From assembly GCA_009914755.4 (NCBI GenBank), contig CP086569.2, positions 20,352,001 through 20,416,000 of the forward strand: DNA of 64,000 nucleotides. The letters are read 5' to 3'. Shown one piece after another: positions 55,988 to 64,000 of the stretch. This stretch comes from the human T2T-CHM13v2.0 reference genome, Homo sapiens. Each line of letters begins with the position of its first letter. Position 1 is the first letter of the stretch. The position numbers were made by a program, and so were the translations under genes. A model generated the notes under the pieces. That model did no database searches and was not told where the DNA came from. It saw nothing but the letters and a program-made list of their open reading frames with translations.

Positions 55988-57099
55988 CTAAGGGTTAAGA
56001 GCTTTAGAACCAATGTCTAAACCATAAAATGATCCTATTTAGTGGGGAAAAAAAAGATTCAGTCCTTTCAATATGTACTCATTTAAATTACAAAGAACTG
56101 ACATAAAGGGAAAGAGGCAAACCCAGAGAAATAACCTCAGTGGAGAGTATTAACTGGTCAGTCCCAGGACACTGGCATATCACTGTCAGAGGGAATAGTA
56201 GCAGCAAGAAATGAAGGCGCAATCCACAGAATATGACTGGTTAGCTAAGGCACGATTTATCCTTAGGACAATAATGTCCCTAGTGTTCTTTGGTCCTAAA
56301 GATGGATGACTGTTCAATCTTAACAAATGAAAAACTTACTGAGGCTGGAGGGCCCTAAATAACTTATCCGTAAGGACAAAACTCAAGCTCAAACGTAGAA
56401 GTGCACAGAGAAGGCAATTGCTGGTCTAATTTTTCCACTTGAAATCATTATTTTCTCACGCCGTATCCTTGAGGAAATTTGGAAGACTTCCCTAATACTC
56501 CTCCCTAAATAACAGTAAAAAGATACCATTTCAGTCCTAGAAACTAAATTCACAAGAAGCCTTGAACCCAGTTTCTCTTACCTGCAGTAATCTTTTAGCA
56601 CGTTTTAAAATTTCATACTTTTTTCCTATATCCCACTCTCTACTATGAAATTGACCTCCCTGGTGTGAGGTCATTAGTTCCCAGAAGACCCCACTTTCCC
56701 TTCCTCCAGGAGCCCAGAATAGGAAGAGAGAGAAAAAAAAAAGGTAGGTTGGCTACTCTCAGGTCTCCAACTCATTGTTAGAAACTAGGCTTTGACGCTC
56801 TAGTTTTGCCACGTAGTGAACAAATCTATCTGCCTTGGGCTAATGTCTTCAAAAAGTACTTTTACACTAGTCACAGGGCTGAAGCAAAACTACCAGAGAG
56901 GGGGAAGGGAAGCAGGTGAATGAAGAGACTAATGGGAGTGGCTTGCAAGCCAGGTACTGTGCCCTACAACTCTCGCGCTGCCACAAAAAGCCAATTAACG
57001 AAGCAAACTGTTTTATCTTTTCCTCTCCCCAGAAGTTCGCCCTAGAAATCAAAAACCACTGAAGCTTAGGAGTGGCAAACATCGGTTCCCGTTCCGATG

Positions 57100-57780
57100 T
57101 TTGTTCCCACACTATTCCCAGTTTCTAGTTCTCATGGACGCTCCAATGCCCAGGGTTACCGCCAGCTCGGCTCCGTGAGGCCGCGCAGGGGGCACCAGAT
57201 CCTCGGCCACCTCTATTGGTTTTCCAGCCTTGGACCGCTTGCTTCTCCTAACCCCAAAACTCCAGATGTGCGAAATGGCTCCGCTGTGCGACCCAGCAGT
57301 TAGCGGCAGGAGGGACAGAGGGATGATGTCAACTCGTTTTGCCAGCCGAGCACGCCGTCGTGGCCCGGCAGCCCTGGTCTGCGGGCCAGCCCTCCGCAAG
57401 TGACTTTTAAAGACTTTCTAGCCTCGATAATCTGACATAGTTCCGACCTCACCCCGCACCGAGATCTGGGTGGGGTGGGCCTTCCCTCTCAACCCCTCTC
57501 ATAGCATCCCAACACCTCAGGAGAGGGGACGTTCCGCCCAGGCACTGCGAGACAGAACTCAAGTTGCTGACTTCCCCTAACACACCCAGTCTTACTTGGT
57601 CCTCGTAGAGTAGGAGGATTCCCAAAGCGATCTTCTACCAACCGAGCCCGGGAGCTCGGTGTCAGAATTGCCTACAAATCCGACCGTCCAGTCCTACCCG
57701 CGGCGCGCATGCAAAGTGCACCGCAAGTTCGCGCTCTCTCGGAAGTGTCTATAGCTTCCGGAAGGGGGAAGGAGAGGGAG
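57100..57780. promoter_or_regulatory. CpG island with promoter-like motifs (ETS/GABP CTTCCGG palindrome, NRF1-like GCGCATGC, inverted CCAAT)
   Basis: CpG density is far higher than in the rest of the window (for example ccgcggcgcgcatgcaaagtgcaccgcaagttcgcgctctctcggaagtgtctatagcttccggaaggg, ctcggccacctctattggtt, ccgagcacgccgtcgtggcccggcag). A minus-strand candidate 5' donor CAA|gtaaga lies at about 57592-57600, downstream of the ETS/NRF1 cluster. Confidence 0.6.
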
Positions 57781-58100
57781 CAAGGCAGAAGGAGGCTGCC
57801 TAAAAAAAATAAAAAGTAAAAAGTAAAAAACTCTTGCGATAAAAGTCTATTGTATTCCTGTCATGATAGCTAGAGCTCTGAAGAACAGAAATTGGTGTTG
57901 GAGGAAGGTGCCAGAAATGGTACGGAGCGACCCCTACTGGCCCTATAAATCTACCCCTGTGGCAGTTACTATTAGCATTAAAAGACCCTCCTTTCTTCAA
58001 AGCAATAGTGCCTTTTCATAACCTTCCCCCACCTAAAATGGTACTCCTCCCCACATTCTGAAATCACAAGGACAAACAACACCTCGAAGTTGTGACCCCG

Positions 58101-58385
58101 GGGCCGGACGCGGTGGATCACACCTGTAATCCCAACACTTTGGGAAGCCGAGGCTCGTGGATTACGAGGTCAAGAGATCCAGACCATCCTGGCCAACACG
58201 GTGAAACCCCGTCTCTACTAAAAATAGAAAAATTGGTTGGGTGTGGTGGTGCGAGCCTGTAGCCCCAGCTACTCAGGATACAGGCAGGAAAATTGCTTGC
58301 ACCCGGGAGGCGGAGGTTGTAGTATGCCAAGATGGCACCACTGCACTCCAGCCTGGCAACAGAGCGAGACTCTGTCTCAAAATAA

Positions 58386-58432
<47 letters not shown>

Positions 58433-58436
58433 AATA
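58101..58436 (+). mobile_element. Young-looking Alu (Y-type) that retains many CpGs, followed by an (AAAT)n tail at 58381-58436
   Basis: ggccggacgcggtggatcacacctgtaatcccaacactttgggaagccgaggctcgtggattacgaggtcaagagatccagaccatcctggccaacacggtgaaaccccgtctctactaaaaat...cccgggaggcggaggttgtag...agagcgagactctgtctcaaaataataaataaataaat. Confidence 0.9.
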
Positions 58437-59277
58437 AAGTGGAGGCCTCTGAATCTCTTGGTGATCTCACATGCCCTGCTCCTGGCACCCCAATCTGGAG
58501 CCCTGATCTGAAACTCTTTACCTAGCAGTTCCTCTAGTTGCACATAAACAATGAAAATATAGTTTAGCTTCAGGTTTTCAACATTAGCAAAACTCTGTAT
58601 CCATGCAAATCAATATGACAAGTACGACCTAAAAGCTCTATCTGCCCTGTGTCGATGTACATTAATCATTCCCCCCCATCATCTTTGAGATCACTAGTTA
58701 TGTTTTCTGCTAGGTTAAAGATCTTCGGACAGACTTGCCGCCGAATCTAATCGCCAGGAGTGAGCAGGCGATGCTGGTTGGGGTGACAGGGTGCTAAAAA
58801 ATAACCAAGGGAGAACAGCTCGATTATTAAAACCCACAACGACTCTCACTCGACAAAAATTCATACAATCCCTTGGCAGAATGTACTGGGGACAACTGCC
58901 AAAAGCAGTCTAGATAGCTGTAGACCAGGGCAATTTGTCCACCTCAGGGACTGACAAAAGAGGCCAGTCACTCTGACCAGAACGTCTTCTCATGGCTCAG
59001 CTACCTGTGCCTCAGCAAAGAACAGACTTTCCAGAGGGAATCGGGAATTCTGGCCAAAAACACTGAAGAAAAAAGTCAGTATGAGTGGTAGCCAAACTTG
59101 GCCTCCTGCCATTCTGACTAGATCCCTAGCAGGGCTGAGACATAACAGCAGGCACAAGAAGCCCTGATGCAGGAGGGTCCCCTCTTGCAGAGAAAAGAGC
59201 TCACCTGCCCCATGTGTGGTCCTCAACGCACTCATGCACACATGAGAATTGCACTGAGGCCTAATAAAGGACCTTTT

Positions 59278-59577
59278 GGGCAGGCACGGTGGCTTAAGCC
59301 TATAATCCCAGCACTTTGGGAGGCTGAAGTGGGGGGAATCACCTGAGGTGAGGAGTTCAAGACTAGCCTAGCCAACATGGCAAAACCCCCTCTCTACTAA
59401 AAATACAAGTATCAGCTGGGCATCATGGCAGGTGCCTGCAATCCCAGCTACTTCGGAGGCTGAGGCAGGAGAATCGCTTGAACACAGGTTGTGGAGGATG
59501 CAGTGAGCCAAGATTGGGCCACTGCACTCCAGCCTGGGCAACAGAGTGAGACTCCATTGCAAACAACAACAACAAAA
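59278..59577 (+). mobile_element. Alu element
   Basis: gggcaggcacggtggcttaagcctataatcccagcactttgggaggctgaagtggggggaatcacctgaggtgaggagttcaagactagcc...ccactgcactccagcctgggcaacagagtgagactcc. Confidence 0.9.
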
Positions 59578-61198
59578 GGGACTTCTGAGCTCCTTCAGGC
59601 CTGGGGCTGGTGGGAGGTGGGGAACAGGGGTGAAGAAGGGGCTATTGTATGAGATACCACACCTCAGGCGTAAACGCACAAAAGCCCTTGCCCCTCCCAT
59701 GTTTTTCAAAACCTCCAGGATGGCATTCCCAGGGCTACCTGGACCTTCTGAGGAAAGTCCTGGTGATCCTGGGGTTCTGGTGGCATTGAGGCCCAGCCAG
59801 CAGCCAACATGGGCTCCACCCAACAGCAGTCTTGCCAGCTTAAATCCTGCTATGCTGGGGTAGTGAAAAATCCTTGAAGCAGGGCAGAATTTACATGCAT
59901 GTCTGGGTTGGTGGGGGCTTATGCTAATCCACCCTACACAGGCCTTCCTGATGGTTCTCCAGAGGGGTTGGGGGGGAAGTATACAAAAATGAAAGCATTT
60001 TTTTTTTGGCTTTGTCTTTCCCAGGCCACCAGACCCTGCATCACTTGAGACAACAGAACCACAAAATATGCAACATCCACTACTCAGGTTCAGAAAGTGG
60101 AAAGATATTCCTCCCTTTTTCCATCATCATCCATCCATTCAAAGTCAATAACTCAAAATCTCTTAGAAATCTTGCTTCATGCTCAACACATACCCTCTTT
60201 TCTGCTCCATAATGAAAGAAACAATAACCAGAATAAATTTGAAGAATTGAGGGCCATCCACATTCAGGTACGTCACTTTGCCCTCTGTTTCCTGTTTCTG
60301 TTTCTGAAAAAGATGCACTATTTCACTGTGAACAAAAATGTTATGTGCATGAATGTGGTTGTGTAACCCATGCTTCCTTCACAGTGTTGTTCTCTCTCAT
60401 CAGAAAAGCCTTCATTATGCATTGAAGAGGTTTTCCCATTCAGCTTGTGTCCTTAAGCATGGATAGACAGATATTCATGGAACCACCTTCACACCTTTAA
60501 ATGGGCTTTGGTCCCTAGCAACATCTCACAAAATTTCTGCCCAGTATTAAATTAAACAAAATCCCATATTTTTTCTCAAATACAGTTACACTTTCTGTCT
60601 TTGTATTTGCCTATCAATGTTTACATTTCTAGTTCTTAATGGACAACTGAGCACCAAGTGTCTTAATTTGTCTTAGTGCATGTTAGCCTGACACACATCT
60701 TAAACTGAACATTCTTGATACATACAGCTCCCTAAATTGAAATTCAAATTGTCTTGTTCTACCTACTACCAATAACATGATAACATCCACAATCCAGAGC
60801 AACATGGTTTTGAAAAAAAAAAGGAAAACAATTTTGCGAATTAGTAACATTTATAGGGCACCAAATGTTTGATCTGTAATCCATCCATGAATGAGCAGCT
60901 CTGCAAAGAACTGCACTAATGTCTTCATGGTCATTAAGTTTTTAGACCAATCTAATATCGGCACCCCAAATCATCCACACATCAGTCTCCTGCTGCTGAA
61001 TGAAGGCTGTTTCCCTCCACTTTTCTGATTCTATCTCCTCAAAAGTTCAAAAGATGTCTATTTAGGTCCCGTTTGCTCTCTCCAATGCCTAACCGTAGAC
61101 ATTGGCATGGCACTTTAGGCTCATGTTCTCAGTGTGCATCTGTCTTGCTCAGGACTCGTACCCATGTTACAAGGCTGAGCAGACCCTCCTGTACTTGG

Positions 61199-64000
61199 AA
61201 TAGTTTCAGAAGGAATAGTACCATCTCCTGCTTGTACCTCTGGTAGAATTTGGCTGTGAATCCATCTGGTCCTGGACTTTTTTTGGTTGGTAAGCTATTA
61301 ATTGTTGCCTCAATTTCAGAGCCTGTTATTGGTCTATTCAGAGATTCAACTTCTTCCTTGTTTAGTCTTGGGAGGGTGTATGTAGTATTTTCTGAAGGTA
61401 GTTTGTATTCCTGTGGGATCGGTGGTGATATCCCCTTTATCATTTTTTATTGCATCTATTTGATTTTTCTCTCTTTTCTTACTTATTAGTCTTGTTAGCA
61501 GTCTATCAATTTTGTTGATCTTTTCAAAAAACCAGCTCCTGGATTCATGGATTTTTTGAAGCATTTTTTGTGTCTCTATTTCCTTCAGTTCTGCTTTGAT
61601 CTTAGTTATTTATTGCCTTCTGCTAGCTTTTGAATGTGTTTGCTCTTGCTTCTCTGGTTCTTTTAATTGTGATGTTAGGGTGTCAATTTTAGATCTTTCC
61701 TGCTTTCTCTTGAGGGCATTTAGTGCTATAAATTTGCCTCTACACACTGTTTTGAATGTGTCCCAGAGATTCTGGTATTTTGTGTCATTGTTCTCAATGG
61801 TTTCAAACAACATCTTTATTTCTGCCTTCATTTTGTTTTGTACTCAGTAGTCATTCAGGAGCAGGTTGTTCAGTTTCCATGTAGTTGAGTGGTTTTGAGT
61901 GAGTTTCTTAATCCTGAGTTCTAGTTTGTTTGCACTGTGGTCTGAGAGACAGTTTGTTATAATTTCTGTTCTTTTACATTTGCTGAAGAGTGCTTTACTT
62001 CCAACTATGTGGTCAATTTTGTAATAGGTGTGGTGTGGCGCTGAAAATAATGTATATTTTGTTGATTTGGGGTGGAGAGTTCTGTAGATGTCTATTAGGT
62101 CAGTTAGGTGCAGGGATGAGTTTAATTCCTGGATATCCTTGGTAACTTTCTGTCTCGTTGATCTCATTGTCTAATGCTGACAGTGGGGTGTAAAGTCTCC
62201 CATTATTATTGTGTGGGAGTCTAAGTCTCTTTCTAGGTCTCTAAGGACTTGCTTTATGAGTCTGGGTGCTCCTGTGTTGGGTGCTTATATATTTAGGATA
62301 GTTAGCTCTTCTTGTTGAATTGATCACTTTAGCATTATGTAATGGCCTTCTTTGTCTCCTTTGATCTTTGTTGGTTTAAAGTCTGTTTTATCAGAGACCA
62401 GGATTGCAACCCCTGCCTTTTTTTGTTTTCCATTTGCTTGGTAGATCTTCCTCCGTCCCTTTATTTTGAGCCTATTTGTGTCTCTGCACATGATATGGGT
62501 TTCCTGAATACAGCACACTGATGGGTCTTGACTCTTTATCCAATTTGCCGTCTGTGTCTTTTAATTGGATCATTTAGTCCATTTACATTTAAGGTTAATA
62601 TTGTTATGTGTGAATTTGATCTGGCCATTATGATGTTAGCTGGTTATTTTGCTCATTAGTTGATGCAGTTTCTTCCTAGCATTGACGGTCTTTACAATTT
62701 GGCATGTTTTTGTAGTGGCTGGTACCGGTTGTTCCTTTCGATGTTTAGTGCTTCCTTCAGGAGCTCTTTTAGGGCAGGCCTAGTGGTGACAAAATCTCTC
62801 AGCATTTGCTTGTCTGTAAAGGATTTTATTTCTCCTTCACTTATGAAGCTTAGTTTGGCTGGATATGAAATTCTGGATTGAAAATTCTTTTGTTTGAGAA
62901 TGTTGTTCCCCACTCTCTTCTGGCTTGTAGAGTTTCTGCCAAGCAATCAGCTGTTAGTCTGATGGGCTTCCCTTTGTGGGTAACCCGACCTTTCTTTCTG
63001 GCTGCCCTTAACAATTTTTCCTTCATTTCAACTTTGGTGAATCTGACAATTATGTGTCTTGCAGTTGCTCTTCTCGAGGAGTATCTTTGTGGTGTTCTCT
63101 GTATTTCCTGAATTTGACTATTGGCCTGCCTTGCTAGATTGGGGAAGTTCTCCTGGATAATATCCTGCAGAGTGTTTTCCAACTTGGTTCCATTCTCCCC
63201 ATCACTTTCAGGTACACCAATCAGACGTAGATTTGGTCTTTTCATATAGTGCCATATTTCTTGGAGGCTTTGTTCATTTCTTTTTATTCTTTTTTCTCTA
63301 AACTTCTCTTCTTGCTTCATTTCATTCATTTCATCTTCCATCACTGATACCCTTTCTTCCAGTTGATCGAATCAGCTACTGAGGTTGTACATTCATCACA
63401 TAGTTCTCATGCCATGGTTTTCAGCTCCATCAAGTCCTTTAAGGACTTCTCTGCATTGGTTATTCTAGTTAGCCATTTGTCTAATTTTTTTCAAGGTTTT
63501 TAGCTTCTTGGTCATGGGTTCTAACTTCCTCCTTTAGCTCAGAGTAGTTTGATCGTCTGAAGCCTCCTTCTCTCAACTTGTCCGAGTCATTCTCCATAGC
63601 TCAGAGTAGTTAGATCATCTGAAGCCTCCTTCTCTCAACTTGTCCGAGTCATTCTCCATCCAGCTTTGTTCCATTTCTGGTGACTAACTTCATTCCTTTG
63701 GACAAGGACAGGCGCTCTGATTTTTAGAGTTTCCAGTTTTTCTGCTCTGTTTTTTCCCCATCTTTGTTGTTTTATCTACCTTTGGTCTTTGATGATGGTG
63801 ACGTACAGATGGGGGTTTGGTGTGAATATCCTTTCTGTTTGTTAGTTTTCCTTCTAACAGTCAGGACCCTCAGCTGCAAGTCTGTTGGAGTTTGCTGGAG
63901 GTCCATTCCAGACCCTGTTTGCCTGGGTATCAGCAGCAGAGGCTGCAGAACAGCGGATATTGGTGAACAGCAAATGTTGCTGCCTGATCATTCCTCTGGA
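61199..64000 (-). mobile_element. Second L1PA copy, 3'-truncated inside ORF2 (no RT C-terminal half, no 3' UTR). It retains the ORF2 endonuclease region, ORF1 and the start of the 5' UTR, and runs off the window
   Basis: The sequence is collinear with positions 24650 to about 27470 of the full-length copy at 22078-28242 (tagtttcagaag.aat.gtacca.ctcct.cttgtacctctggtagaatttggctgtgaatccatctggtcctgga...). ORF2 N-terminus is at 62324-62518 (CIQETH...KIKGRRKIYQANGKQKKAGVAILVSDKTDFKPTKIKGDKEGHYIM). ORF1 is at 62850-63344 (MMEDEMNEMKQEEKFREKRIKRNEQSLQEIWHYMKRPNLRLIGVPESDGENGTKLENTLQDIIQENFPNLARQANSQIQEIQRTPQRYSSRRATARHIIVRFTKVEMKEKLLRAARKKGRVTHKGKPIRLTADCLAETLQARREWG). A 60-bp internal tandem duplication lies at 63539-63660. 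L1 similarity stops abruptly at about 61199. Confidence 0.85.

Overview
The window is primate, apparently human, genomic DNA. It is AT-rich and dense in retroelements. The main content is a multi-exon pseudogene derived from BCOR (BCL6 corepressor) on the minus strand, spanning about 10.9 to 39.4 kb. The splice-flanked exon homologues run from the large BCOR exon 4 through the 3'-terminal PUFD exon. My recall of BCOR gives roughly 60-90% amino-acid identity, varying by exon. The copy carries many inactivating lesions: nonsense codons, at least two frameshifts inside the large exon, a 423-bp pseudogene-specific tandem duplication, an (AC)n expansion inside one exon, and a GT-to-AT donor mutation. 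This pattern fits the Y-linked BCOR pseudogene BCORP1, but the chromosomal assignment is inference. Other content: an internally deleted gammaretrovirus-like HERV provirus with two LTRs and a 4-bp target-site duplication (1696-7094); a full-length, ORF-disrupted L1PA element with a perfect 15-bp target-site duplication (22078-28242, minus strand) sitting in a BCOR-like intron; and a second L1PA copy that is 3'-truncated and runs off the window (61199-64000, minus strand). There are also many Alu elements, old L1M fragments, a MaLR LTR, several microsatellites, and a CpG island with promoter-like ETS, NRF1 and CCAAT motifs at 57.1-57.8 kb. I see no intact protein-coding gene and nothing prokaryotic or CRISPR-like.
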